Origin: an uncultured delta proteobacterium
GTDB lineage: Bacteria > Desulfobacterota > Binatia > Binatales > Binataceae
Direction: 5' to 3'
Assembly (NCBI GenBank): GCA_963711565.1
Contig: CAVQEQ010000003.1
Span: 160,001 to 224,000 of the forward strand
DNA length: 64,000 bases
Position 1 is the stretch's first letter. Each line of letters begins with the position of its first letter. Shown one piece after another: positions 43,661-53,218 of this stretch. The notes beneath the pieces were generated by a model. That model was not told where the DNA came from and made no database searches. It saw nothing but the letters and a program-made list of their open reading frames with translations. The position numbers and the translations under genes were made by a program.

Positions 43661-44299
43661 TTAGTCCGCCGCAGTGATGCGGTACGCGCAGCGCCGCGCG
43701 CCGGCCAGGATGTGATCGATTCGTTCGACCCGCGCCTTGTCGCCGAGCACGGAGCGGAACAGCGACAGTTCTTCGCGGCATAGGCCCTGGCAAGTGGCTG
43801 CCGCGGCGCAGATCGGGCAATGATTCTCCGCCAACAGCATCGAGCCGTCCGGCATCCGCGAGCATTCGGCCATGTAGCCCTGCTCGCGTCGAATCTCGGC
43901 CAACGCGTGCGCGCGCTTTGCGATCGAAGTCCCCGTCGGGCGAAGCCGCCTGCGATATTCCTCGATCTGGCGGCGCGTCCTCTCGCGCAGCAACTTGTCC
44001 ATCCCGGCTTCGCCGAACGCCGCGCGCACGGCGCCGATGATCTCGACCGTCAGGTCGCCATGAGTGTCGGGAAAGCGCTCGGCCGCTGCGCTAGTCAATC
44101 TCCACACTCGCGCGGGCCGTCCCACCTTGCGCCGCTCGTCGGTGTATTCGACCAGGCCCTCGACCCTCAGGCGATAAAGATGTTGCCGCACCGCCATCGC
44201 CGTGACGCCGAGGCGCCGCGCGACCTGGGCCGCCGCTTGCGGTCCTCGCGTCTTGAGCTGGAACAGGACGCCCTCCTCCGCGCGCGCATCGTGCTTCAT
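43661..44299 (-). CDS. SufR-like HTH transcriptional regulator with C-terminal Cys motif
   Basis: wHTH (AVRQHL..L..EGLV, VGRP), GYMAE, ENHCPIC-x5-C-x3-C..E, RRCAY. Confidence 0.85.
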   Translation of the reverse strand: MKHDARAEEGVLFQLKTRGPQAAAQVARRLGVTAMAVRQHLYRLRVEGLVEYTDERRKVGRPARVWRLTSAAAERFPDTHGDLTVEIIGAVRAAFGEAGMDKLLRERTRRQIEEYRRRLRPTGTSIAKRAHALAEIRREQGYMAECSRMPDGSMLLAENHCPICAAAATCQGLCREELSLFRSVLGDKARVERIDHILAGARRCAYRITAAD

Positions 44300-44307
44300 G
44301 AATTGAG

Positions 44308-44374
44308 ATGGTACCGAACGTGACACGTTAGTCAAGCGGCCGCTTGACTTAGTATATAAAGCGAGTACTTTACA
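44308..44374. promoter_or_regulatory. Back-to-back divergent sigma70 promoters plus candidate operator
   Basis: Perfect 20-bp palindrome AGTCAAGCGGCCGCTTGACT (44330-44349) supplies TTGACT on both strands. -10-like TACTTT (44366-44371, +) and TACCAT (44313-44308, -), each at 16-bp spacing. Inverted repeat TAAAG-N6-CTTTA (44357-44372) overlaps the + strand -10. Confidence 0.6.
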
Positions 44375-44403
44375 AATTATCGACCAGCGAGGAGGACGCA
44401 TCG

Positions 44404-46176
44404 ATGAATACGCAATCGATCGAACCCGCCAACCGCACTTTCGTTCGCGCCGCATCGCTCACCGACCTGCCCCCGGGCGGCCACCTGACCGTCAACCTCG
44501 ACGGCCACGTGATCGCGCTGTTCCATACGCCCGAGGGAACCTTCGCGGTGGACAATCGATGCCCCCACATGGGCTTCCCTCTAGATCGCGGCACGGTGAA
44601 GGATTGCATCCTCACCTGCCACTGGCATCACGCGCGCTTCGACCTGCACAGCGGCGGCGCCTTCGATCCGTGGGCCGACAACGTCCGCGCGTTCCCGGTC
44701 AAGCTCGAAGGCGGCGACATCTGGATCGATCTGGCACCGCGCGGCGACTCTCGCCGGCATCGCGTCGAGCGCCTGCGCGACGGCATCGAGTGCAACCTCT
44801 CGCTCGTCATCGGCAAGTCGGTGATCGCGATGCTCGACGACACCGGCGACGCGCGCGAGCCGTTTCGCATCGGACTCGAATTCGGCACGCACTATCGGCG
44901 CGACGGCTGGGGCGCGGGCCTGACCACCCTCACCTGCTTGATGAACCTGGTCCCGATTCTGCGCGACGAGGATCGCGCGCGTGCGATGTTCCACGGGCTG
45001 TGCTCGGTGGCCAACGACTCCGACGGCCATCCGCCGCGGTTCGAGATGCGCCCGCTGCCCGGCAACGGCGCGAGTCTCGCGGAGATCAAGCGATGGCTGC
45101 GCAAGTTCGTCGAGGTCCGCGACACCGAGGGCGCCGAGCGATGCATCGTCTCAGCCGTGCGCACAGGAGCCGCGCCGCGTGAGGTCGCCGACATGATGTT
45201 CGCCGCGGCGACCGACCATCGCTATCTCGACGGCGGTCACACACTCGATTTCAGCAACAAGGCGTTCGAGGCGCTCGATCACGCGGGATGGGATCTTGCC
45301 GAACCGGTGCTCGCCAGCCTCGCGCGCGGCTACGCGACCGGCGATCGAATGGAAGAATCCAACTCGTGGCGGAATCCGGTCAACCTCGTCGCGATTCTCG
45401 AAGCCGCGTTCGAGCACATTTCCGATGCGCTGGCACTGGGCCGGCGTGCCAGCCGCTCATCGGATCAATTCGGCCGCGATGCGCTTGTGCCCGTAATCCT
45501 CGGCGACGATCCTCAAGCTATCGTCAACGCGATGCTCGCTGCGCTGCGCGAAGGATGCGCGCCCGCGGACCTCGCAGGCGCTGTTGCGTATGCTGCCGCG
45601 CTGCGGATTGCGCGCTTCCCTGTCAGCAACGAGTTTGGCGATTGGGATACCGCCCATCACAGCTTCACATTTGCCAACGCCGTTCATCAGTCGGCGCGCC
45701 GGGTCAGCTCGCCGGAATTGGTGCGCGGAATTTTCGACGCCGCAACGACGGTCTATCTCGACCGATTTCTAAATGTGCCCGCCGCAAAACTCCCGGAGCT
45801 GAATGGCGCGCGGAACGGAAAGAGCGCATCGAATCGACTCGCCGAGTTGCCCGCCTTGCTCGATCGTCAACAGCAGGTGAATCAGGCGGGCGCGCTGGTT
45901 GCCGAATATCTTGCCGCTGACGCAGCCACCGACGCATTGCTCGCAACGCTCGGCAGTACCTTGCTCCGTGAGGACCGCGACTTTCATACGATCCAGGATG
46001 TCGAGGCCGCTGTCCGCCAGTACTCGATCCTGAAAGGAACTCCCGCGGCTGCGCACGTGCTCATCGCGACGACGCGCTACCTCGCTGCTCACGCTCCCAC
46101 TGTTCGCGCGCAGGCGCAGACCTATCAGATAGCGTTGCGGTTGAATCGCGGCGAGCACGTCTTCGACGAAAATTGA
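44404..46176 (+). CDS. Rieske [2Fe-2S] domain fused to a ~480-aa uncharacterised helical, His-containing domain
   Basis: CPH-x16-CHWH Rieske motif in the first ~110 aa; GGAGG RBS. Confidence 0.85.
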   Translation: MNTQSIEPANRTFVRAASLTDLPPGGHLTVNLDGHVIALFHTPEGTFAVDNRCPHMGFPLDRGTVKDCILTCHWHHARFDLHSGGAFDPWADNVRAFPVKLEGGDIWIDLAPRGDSRRHRVERLRDGIECNLSLVIGKSVIAMLDDTGDAREPFRIGLEFGTHYRRDGWGAGLTTLTCLMNLVPILRDEDRARAMFHGLCSVANDSDGHPPRFEMRPLPGNGASLAEIKRWLRKFVEVRDTEGAERCIVSAVRTGAAPREVADMMFAAATDHRYLDGGHTLDFSNKAFEALDHAGWDLAEPVLASLARGYATGDRMEESNSWRNPVNLVAILEAAFEHISDALALGRRASRSSDQFGRDALVPVILGDDPQAIVNAMLAALREGCAPADLAGAVAYAAALRIARFPVSNEFGDWDTAHHSFTFANAVHQSARRVSSPELVRGIFDAATTVYLDRFLNVPAAKLPELNGARNGKSASNRLAELPALLDRQQQVNQAGALVAEYLAADAATDALLATLGSTLLREDRDFHTIQDVEAAVRQYSILKGTPAAAHVLIATTRYLAAHAPTVRAQAQTYQIALRLNRGEHVFDEN

Positions 46177-46189
46177 CGGCAGGTGAAAA

Positions 46190-47245
46190 ATGAATCCCGC
46201 TGATTACTCCGCCCTCGATGAGACGCTCGAAATCATGGCGCCGATGGGTCCCGACCTGAGCAACGGCTTCTCCAATCACGCGCCGATGGCGATTGAAGCG
46301 ATGTGTGCGATGGGCCGTCGCGACGCCGTGATGCCGTGGTTCGAGCGCTACCGACACTCGCTGGCGCCGCGTCGTGCCCGGGTCGCGCGGCTTACTGACG
46401 ACGGCTGGCGCGCCGCGCTGGGAGATCAACGCCGCACCGAAGATTGGTTCGAGTTCTTTCGCAACGAACTCGAGGGCCGCCCGTGGCCTGCTGTGCTCGA
46501 CACCTGGGCCGAACGGCTCGCGCCCGGTCTGATGGCGGCCGCGACGCACGGCGTGATTCGTACCGGGCACGCAACGCGAGCGATCGCACTCGATGACAAT
46601 CCCGCGCGCCGGCGCGAACTGGCCGACGGTCTCGCATACTGGGCGGCCGATTATATGCCGCTTCCCGCCGAGCGGCATCGGCCTGCTCGCGCGACGCCGT
46701 CGGCTGCGATCGCTCGCGTGCAAATCATTCCGCCGGGAACTCGCCGCGGCAACTTCGGTGCGTTCACCGACGCGCTCGCGCAGCTCGATTCCTTTCCGCC
46801 ATTCAAGGATACGCTCGACGCCGTCGATCCTTCCGGCGACCCGCACGCGTTCCTCTCCGATCTGACTGCTACCTTTGCGCGCGTCTTTCTCGCCAATGCC
46901 CACGACACTTACACGACTATCGCGTTCGTCCACGCCGTCACCGGCCCGTCAGCTCTGCGCCCGATGCTTCCGTACCTGCGCGATACAACCACGCAGGCCG
47001 CGCTCGCATACGCATGGCAAACGGCCGCAGCGATGTATGGAACTTTCGGCACGCGGACTGACCTCTCACGGCTCGGCGAGATTAAGGTCGAGAACCCGGA
47101 TGAACTCATCGCTCGTGCGATCGCGTGTGGTGACGAGCACGCGATCAAATTCACCGAGGTTTGTTTACGCGAGTTCGCGCTGATTCCGGACCCGGCTTTT
47201 CCCGCGGCCGCCGATCATGCGATTCGAATGCTGAGCGCTACTTGA
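46190..47245 (+). CDS. Questin oxidase/DUF4243-like protein
   Basis: SNHAPM, ATHGVIRTGHA, HAVTG, DEHAIKF motifs. Confidence 0.75.
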   Translation: MNPADYSALDETLEIMAPMGPDLSNGFSNHAPMAIEAMCAMGRRDAVMPWFERYRHSLAPRRARVARLTDDGWRAALGDQRRTEDWFEFFRNELEGRPWPAVLDTWAERLAPGLMAAATHGVIRTGHATRAIALDDNPARRRELADGLAYWAADYMPLPAERHRPARATPSAAIARVQIIPPGTRRGNFGAFTDALAQLDSFPPFKDTLDAVDPSGDPHAFLSDLTATFARVFLANAHDTYTTIAFVHAVTGPSALRPMLPYLRDTTTQAALAYAWQTAAAMYGTFGTRTDLSRLGEIKVENPDELIARAIACGDEHAIKFTEVCLREFALIPDPAFPAAADHAIRMLSAT

Positions 47246-47918
47246 GGCCGCAGTAAACGGCAAAGATCAGGTTCTTGTACGCGCAATCGATATCGCGGAA
47301 CCCGGCTTCGCGCAGCCATTCGAGCTGATCCTCTAGCGTCGCCGCGCGATCGAACTTCATCCGCTCGAGCGCCGCCGCGAGGTCGCGATCGTCCACGCCT
47401 AATTCGCGCACCCGCGTGACCCATCGCTCGTGATGGAACTTATGCCGCTCCGGCGTCGCGCAGCGAAACTGCTCGGCGTTGACGAACACGCCGCCGTCGT
47501 TGAGCGCGCCGTAGATTCGATCGAACAGCGAGCGCTTCTGCTCGTCGCCAAGGTGATGGATCGACAGGGCTGAAACGACCGCGTCGTACTTTTCCTGGAT
47601 TCGATCGACGCCGTAGTCGGAGACCTCGAAGCGGAAACGCTCGCCCGCCAGTTCGAAGCGCGCACGCGCGCGCTCGAGCATCTCGTTCGAGATATCGACC
47701 ATCGTGATCCGCGCGTTTGGGAAGTTGTACGCGATAAACGCCGCCATCAGCCCCGTGCCGGCGCCGAGATCGAGAACCTTGAGCGGGCTCTCGCGCGGGA
47801 ACTGGATCAGATCGATTGCCGCGCGATAGAAGTCGTCGAACCCAGGCACCAGCCGACGCCGCGTGCGGTCGTAGTCCTCCGCCGCCAGATCGAACGCGTG
47901 CTGTACTGAATTCGCCAT
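47238..47918 (-). CDS. Class I SAM-dependent methyltransferase
   Basis: VLDLGAGTG, VSALSIHHL, GGVFVNAEQ, QLEWLREAGF. Confidence 0.9.
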   Translation of the reverse strand: MANSVQHAFDLAAEDYDRTRRRLVPGFDDFYRAAIDLIQFPRESPLKVLDLGAGTGLMAAFIAYNFPNARITMVDISNEMLERARARFELAGERFRFEVSDYGVDRIQEKYDAVVSALSIHHLGDEQKRSLFDRIYGALNDGGVFVNAEQFRCATPERHKFHHERWVTRVRELGVDDRDLAAALERMKFDRAATLEDQLEWLREAGFRDIDCAYKNLIFAVYCGLK

Positions 47919-47990
47919 CTGAAGATTGTGCGGACGCGACGGTCGTGAATCAACCGCACGCTTGAGACGGCTATCTGGACTGCCGCCCCG

Positions 47991-48245
47991 CTACTTGCCG
48001 AGTTTCGTCATTCCTTTCTTGCGCCGCTCGGCCCATCGCTTCTTCATCAGCTCCGACAGCCGCTTGCGACCTTCTTTGCTGATACCGCCGCGCCGCTTTC
48101 TGGTCTTGGCGGCTGCCTTAGGACCAGGTTTCCGGCCTCGCTTCTTTCCGGTAGACGCGGATCCTACGCCTACCAGGGCCGCGATCGCTTTCACAAGCCG
48201 ATCTTTTTCCTTCGTCAGGTCTGCAACGATTTTGTCGATCTCCAA
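47991..48245 (-). CDS. Small basic protein, putative nucleoid-associated
   Basis: TTG start after GGAGG; N-terminal coiled coil, KKRGRKPG, RKRLSELMKKRWAERRKK. Confidence 0.72.
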   Translation of the reverse strand: MEIDKIVADLTKEKDRLVKAIAALVGVGSASTGKKRGRKPGPKAAAKTRKRRGGISKEGRKRLSELMKKRWAERRKKGMTKLGK

Positions 48246-48389
48246 GTAAGTGCTCCTCCAGGTCCCCAATAAGGATGCTTATCCAGTTGTTACTGCAGCA
48301 TATCCAACAATTATAATTGCTGGAAGGGACAAGAATTGCAATTCTTGCCGGCTAGGACTCGAACCCTTTCCTTAGCCTTAGGACTCGGA

Positions 48390-50081
48390 TTATGCGCCGG
48401 CGTGGCCGTGACGTAGTAGCTTGCCGGGCAGTGAGCCGTCAGACGCGACCTGATCCTTGTTCTCGCGCCGGATGACTGTGCCGTTAACTATCACCGCGTC
48501 GATTCCTTCCGCGTCGGCTACAAGACGATCCTGATTCGCAGGAAGATCGTACACGCGGCGCAGTTTGCTCGCGCCTACTTTGTCGGGATCGAAAATCGTG
48601 ACGTCAGCCGCCAGGCCGGGCACAAGCCGCCCACGATCGGTGATGCCGAATACTTCGGCCGGTCGCGCACTAAGCATCCAGATTGCGCGCTCCATCGGAA
48701 TCGCGCGCTTCTCTCGCACCCAGCGGCCGAGCATGTAGGTCGAGAAGCATGCGTCGCATAGCTGGCTCGCGTGAGCGCCCGCGTCCGAGAGTCCCAGCAC
48801 GGTGTGGCGCCCGGCGAGCAGTTCGGCGACTTCATCTTCGACGTTGTTGAGGATCGACATGCGAAAGCGCGCTTCCAGATTCGACGCCAGCGCCAGGTCG
48901 AGCGCGAGATCGATCGGATCGACGCCGCGCTCGCGCGCCACTTCGTTCAGGTTGCGTTCATCGAGCGATGGATCGCTCGGCGAGAAGGAGATCACCGTGC
49001 GATCCCATCGGTTGGCGAACGCGCCGCGCGAGCCTTCGCCCGCCTTGGACTTGAAGGCGCGGCGGAATTCCGGGTCGGCGTAGATTTTCTTCTTGCCTTC
49101 GAAGTCCGCCGCTGAGACCGGCGCGAACACGCTCATGCTCTCGAAGATAAACGGAGCCTTGAACTGAAATTCGAAATTCAGCGGACGACAGGTAACCTGT
49201 GGGATTATGCTCAGCCCCTCGTCGCACAGTTTCTGTGACGCTTCGAGCGGCCCGCGATGTCCTCCGGGACCGTTCATGCCCGCGAGCAAGGCCGTGTAGG
49301 TAATCGGGCGATGAGTCTCGCGCGCGATTTCCGCAAACTCGCGCAGGAACAACTCGCGTCCTATCGTTGCCTGCATGATTCCATGGCCCGCCTCGCCCAT
49401 CGCCGATGCGAGCGTCCTTATCTCGTCGAAGTCCGACATGCGGCTGGGCACCGGCTTGCCGCTGTAGCCGACGTGGGTCGGCGACTTCGAGGTTGCGAAG
49501 CCAATCGCGCCGGCGTCCATCGCGCGGCGCACAAGAGTCTTCATCTGCGCGACTTCGTCCGTGGTCGCGGAGCGTTCGGTCGCCTCCTCGCCCATCACGT
49601 ACAGTCTTATCGGCGTATGTCCCACCAGCGCGCCGAGGTTGATCGCGGTGCCGCGGCGCTCGATCGTATCCATGTACTGCTCGAAGCTCTCGAACGGCCA
49701 TTCGTAGCCGAGCCCCGTCTCGAGCGCCTTGAGACTCATCCCTTCGACATTTTCGAGCGTCCGCATGATCAGCCCGCGATGCTCGGGGCGCGTCGGCGCC
49801 ACGCCGAAGCCGCAGTTCCCCATGACAACAGTGGTCACGCCGTGCCATGGCGAGATCGTCATCATGCGATCCCACATCACCTGCGCGTCGTAGTGCGTAT
49901 GAATATCGACGAAGCCCGGCGCCACGACTTTGCCCTTGGCCTCGAGGGTCTCAGCCGCTTTGCCCCTGGCCTCGCCAACCGCCGCGAGCTTGCCATCCTT
50001 GATAGCGACGTCGCCGACACGTCCGGGCGCGCCAGTACCGTCGTAAATCGTGCCGCCTGTGATCTTGAGATCGTAGTCCAT
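48390..50081 (-). CDS. N-acyl-D-amino-acid deacylase family amidohydrolase
   Basis: PGFVDIHTHYD, GNCGFG, SDAGAH, ADVTIFDP. Confidence 0.9.
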   Translation of the reverse strand: MDYDLKITGGTIYDGTGAPGRVGDVAIKDGKLAAVGEARGKAAETLEAKGKVVAPGFVDIHTHYDAQVMWDRMMTISPWHGVTTVVMGNCGFGVAPTRPEHRGLIMRTLENVEGMSLKALETGLGYEWPFESFEQYMDTIERRGTAINLGALVGHTPIRLYVMGEEATERSATTDEVAQMKTLVRRAMDAGAIGFATSKSPTHVGYSGKPVPSRMSDFDEIRTLASAMGEAGHGIMQATIGRELFLREFAEIARETHRPITYTALLAGMNGPGGHRGPLEASQKLCDEGLSIIPQVTCRPLNFEFQFKAPFIFESMSVFAPVSAADFEGKKKIYADPEFRRAFKSKAGEGSRGAFANRWDRTVISFSPSDPSLDERNLNEVARERGVDPIDLALDLALASNLEARFRMSILNNVEDEVAELLAGRHTVLGLSDAGAHASQLCDACFSTYMLGRWVREKRAIPMERAIWMLSARPAEVFGITDRGRLVPGLAADVTIFDPDKVGASKLRRVYDLPANQDRLVADAEGIDAVIVNGTVIRRENKDQVASDGSLPGKLLRHGHAGA

Positions 50082-50221
50082 CGTCGTGTGCCTCGATTCG
50101 CTATCTATATCGCGCGCGCTTCCATGCGGTCCAGACCGATCGGTATGGAATCGCGGCGTTGTAAAGCTCACAATGCTCTAGTAATAGAAATTCCAGCGCA
50201 ACGGCCAATCGAGGGCATACG

Positions 50222-51319
50222 ATGCAGAAGCCAATTATCTCCGCAGATTCTCATATCACCGAGCCGCCCAACACTTACATCGATCGAATCGATCGCAAGT
50301 ATAAGGATACTGCCCCGCACATGATTCACGACGCGAAGCTCGGCGATGTCTTCATCGTCAAGGACTTCCCGCGTCCGATCAACGTCGCGCTCGCTGCCGC
50401 CGCGGGCAAGGATGCGAGCGAGCTGCGGACTATTGGCGCGAAGTTCGATGAGATGCACAAGGGCGGATGGGATCCCAACGCGCGCATGGCCGACCAGGAT
50501 CGCGACGGCGTCGCCGCCGAAGTCATCTACCCTACAGTCGGCATGGTGCTCTGCAACCATCGCGACTTCGACTACAAGAAAGCATGCTTCGACGCTTACA
50601 ACCTCTGGATAGGCGAGTACTGCGCGGCGCATCCCGATCGGTTGATAGGATGCGGGCAGACTGCGATGCGGTCGGTCGAGGAAGGAATCTCGGACCTGCG
50701 CAAGATGAAGGAACTCGGGCTCAAGGGTGTCATGATGCCCGGTAACCCCGCGCTCGAGGACTACGACAGTCCTATCTATGCGCCTTTCTATGAGGCCGCG
50801 ATCGACCTGCAGATGCCACTGAGCTTTCACATCCTGACCAGCAGCAGCGATAACTTCCAGACCCGCGGGCCCAAGCTGAACAGCTTCCTGTCGATCATCC
50901 GCGGATGCCAGGACATTATCGGCACTTTCGTTCTCGGCGGAGTTTTCGAGCGTCATCCAAAGTTGAAAGTAGTATGCGTCGAGGCTGACGCCGGATGGGT
51001 GCCGCACTATATGTATCGGATGGATCATGCATACGACCGGCATCGCTACTGGCTACCGGCCGGCACGCTTACCAAAATGCCTAGTGAGTATTTCCGCGAG
51101 AACGTTTACACTACCTTCCAGGACGACTATGTAGCATTCCAAGTCCGCAATCTTTGCAACATCAAACGCCTGATGTGGGCGAGCGACTTCCCCCATAGCG
51201 ACTCGACCTGGCCGTGGTCGCAGGACGTCATCAGCAAGCACACCGTCGGAATGACCGCGGACGAGAAGAACCTGGTGCTGCACGACAACGTCGCGGAACT
51301 GTACCATCTGAGCATCTAG
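50222..51319 (+). CDS. Amidohydrolase_2 family protein
   Basis: SADSHITEP, PLSFH, VEADAGW, WASDFPHSDSTWP. Confidence 0.9.
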   Translation: MQKPIISADSHITEPPNTYIDRIDRKYKDTAPHMIHDAKLGDVFIVKDFPRPINVALAAAAGKDASELRTIGAKFDEMHKGGWDPNARMADQDRDGVAAEVIYPTVGMVLCNHRDFDYKKACFDAYNLWIGEYCAAHPDRLIGCGQTAMRSVEEGISDLRKMKELGLKGVMMPGNPALEDYDSPIYAPFYEAAIDLQMPLSFHILTSSSDNFQTRGPKLNSFLSIIRGCQDIIGTFVLGGVFERHPKLKVVCVEADAGWVPHYMYRMDHAYDRHRYWLPAGTLTKMPSEYFRENVYTTFQDDYVAFQVRNLCNIKRLMWASDFPHSDSTWPWSQDVISKHTVGMTADEKNLVLHDNVAELYHLSI

Positions 51320-51468
51320 GGCATATTCGATCCCACGCGACGGATTTTGCCCAGCCGAAGCGACTAACCGATGAGGTTAGCGCTCGAACGGGTAAGGTCT
51401 GCCGTCCAGTGGGTGCACAATTATCGACGGAGAAAGGGCGGTTGGCGTCCGGTCGGAGATTCTCGCTT

Positions 51469-52008
51469 GTGACCGCCGCTGAGCCGCAACGATCTTCGGA
51501 GCCCGATCTCATCGCCCGTCTCAAAGCTGGCGACGAAGACGCGGCGCACGAGTTCTTCGATCGCTACGCATCACGCATTCGGCGTTTCATCGCGAATTCT
51601 CTGGGCGCCGCGGCCGCCGAGGCCGACGACGTGCTGCAGGAGACTTTCATCGCGCTGGCCGACGCGCTGCCGTTTTTTCGAGGCGACAGCTCGTTGTTCA
51701 CGTTTGCCTGTGCAATCGCGCATCGCAAGGTTCTTTCGCTGATCCGCACCAACGCGCGCCGCGCGCGCCTGATGCGCGCGGCTCCCCTCGAGCAGGGCGC
51801 TGCGCCGCGAGACCCAAGCGCTAATCGAGAACTCAGCCGCGCTCTCGCGCAACTTAGGCTCGATTACCGCGAAGTGTTGCTGCTCAAGTACGTCGAAGAA
51901 CTCGGCGTGGCGGAAATCGCGCGAATACTGCGGCTCGGAGAGCACGCGGTGGAATCGCGGCTTGCACGCGCACGAAAAGCTCTTCGCAATAACCTGCGGG
52001 AAGATTAA
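51469..52008 (+). CDS. ECF-type RNA polymerase sigma factor
   Basis: Region 2 (ADDVLQETF..FRGDSSLFTF) and region 4 (REVLLLKY..EIARIL..VESRLARAR); ~179 aa from GTG 51469. Confidence 0.9.
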   Translation: MTAAEPQRSSEPDLIARLKAGDEDAAHEFFDRYASRIRRFIANSLGAAAAEADDVLQETFIALADALPFFRGDSSLFTFACAIAHRKVLSLIRTNARRARLMRAAPLEQGAAPRDPSANRELSRALAQLRLDYREVLLLKYVEELGVAEIARILRLGEHAVESRLARARKALRNNLRED

Positions 52009-52466
52009 TGGAACCTGAAAAAACAGAATCAGAATTTGCGGCTAGAATACAATCTGCGATCGAACCCGCTCGCGGAGTGGACGATCGCGGCCTCAGGAAC
52101 ACATTCAGCGCACGGCTTAAGCGAGTCGCCGCCCGTCCTGAAGTCGTGCCGATCGAGTTCGACGGACAGAAGATCAACGTACGCCGCGGTGGCACTCTGC
52201 TCGGCGCGGCGATGAAGAACGGTGTCCGCCTGATGCATGTTTGCGGCGCCCGCACATTGTGCGCGACCTGCAGGGTCGTGGTGGAGTCGGGAGAGGACAA
52301 CCTGACGCCGATGCGCGCGACGGAGAAGTTCTCGCTGCGATGGCATCTGTCGGTGAGCCCGCGAACGCGACTGGCGTGCCAGGCGCGCGTGAGCGGGCCA
52401 GTCGAGGTTGAATCGGTTTTTCCGCATTGCGGTGAGTTGCCAAATGAGTCATTGCGCGGAACTTAA
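52008..52466 (+). CDS. [2Fe-2S] ferredoxin-domain protein with a ~45-aa N-terminal extension
   Basis: C-x5-C-x2-C ... RLACQ motif; TAATG stop/start overlap with the sigma gene. Confidence 0.85.
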   Translation: MEPEKTESEFAARIQSAIEPARGVDDRGLRNTFSARLKRVAARPEVVPIEFDGQKINVRRGGTLLGAAMKNGVRLMHVCGARTLCATCRVVVESGEDNLTPMRATEKFSLRWHLSVSPRTRLACQARVSGPVEVESVFPHCGELPNESLRGT

Positions 52467-52520
52467 CCCTAACCCTTCGCCGCTCGGGAACGGCTAGCGG
52501 ATTTTGTGGAGTAGATCGAT

Positions 52521-52766
52521 ATGTCGTGGCCGATAAAATTTCGCGCGATGAGTTTCGCTATTACGATGGGGGTGACAATCACGGAATCGGTAATGGCATC
52601 GATGCCTGTTGCGCTCGCGCTTTGGTATTTCGATGTTGCGAGCGGTAGGGCGATTCTGGAAGCTGTCGTGGTGATTGTAGCCATCGTGTCGCTCTCGATA
52701 TCGATTTATTCGCACGTGCGTCCGGCTCAATTCTCGCCGCGTGGGCCCGAAGAAGGGGTGCTATGA
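52521..52766 (+). CDS. Small two-TM membrane protein
   Basis: GGAG RBS, two hydrophobic segments, ATGA overlap with the next gene. Confidence 0.55.
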   Translation: MSWPIKFRAMSFAITMGVTITESVMASMPVALALWYFDVASGRAILEAVVVIVAIVSLSISIYSHVRPAQFSPRGPEEGVL

Positions 52767-53209
52767 AGACCAAAATTCCGCGGTGGGTCGTTCCACTCCT
52801 CTGGCTCCTGGCCGCGATGCACATCGTCAACGGCTTCGCGATGTTCTTCTTTCCTTCCGGATGGTTCTTCAAATTGGTGCCCGGCGTGCCTGAGACCGGT
52901 GCGTACAATATGCACCTGGTGATGGACGGCGGGACGTTCTTCCTCGCGGTCGGCGTAGGACTGGTGGCCGCCGCGCTGAACCCGCGCCGCAATGCAATCG
53001 CGGTTGCCGTTGCCGCGGTCGCGGGCGTGATGCATTCCGCGCTGCACATATACTCACATGCCGCCGGCCTGCTCTCGACTGAGCATCTTGTGACCGAGCT
53101 ACTGGGTATCTACATTCCCGCGATCTTACTAATCGCAATCACGGCTATCCTCTATAGCCAGTCGGTCGAAGCGAAAGACTCGTTCATGAGTTTGGTTGAG
53201 GCGAAGTAG
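52763..53209 (+). CDS. Four-TM membrane protein with several His residues
   Basis: PGVPETGAYNMH, HSALHIYSH and hydrophobic helices; GGGG RBS-like site. Confidence 0.75.
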   Translation: MKTKIPRWVVPLLWLLAAMHIVNGFAMFFFPSGWFFKLVPGVPETGAYNMHLVMDGGTFFLAVGVGLVAAALNPRRNAIAVAVAAVAGVMHSALHIYSHAAGLLSTEHLVTELLGIYIPAILLIAITAILYSQSVEAKDSFMSLVEAK

Positions 53210-53218
53210 GATACAACT

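Noticed and set aside
48345-48392. GGTTCGAGTCC on the minus strand, resembling a tRNA T-arm or att remnant, plus a repeated TAGGACTCG
   Set aside because: No cloverleaf, the T-stem pairs poorly, and there is no integrase or second copy in the window.
50168-51043. 291-aa minus-strand ORF
   Set aside because: It is antisense to a clear amidohydrolase gene and has no recognisable motifs.
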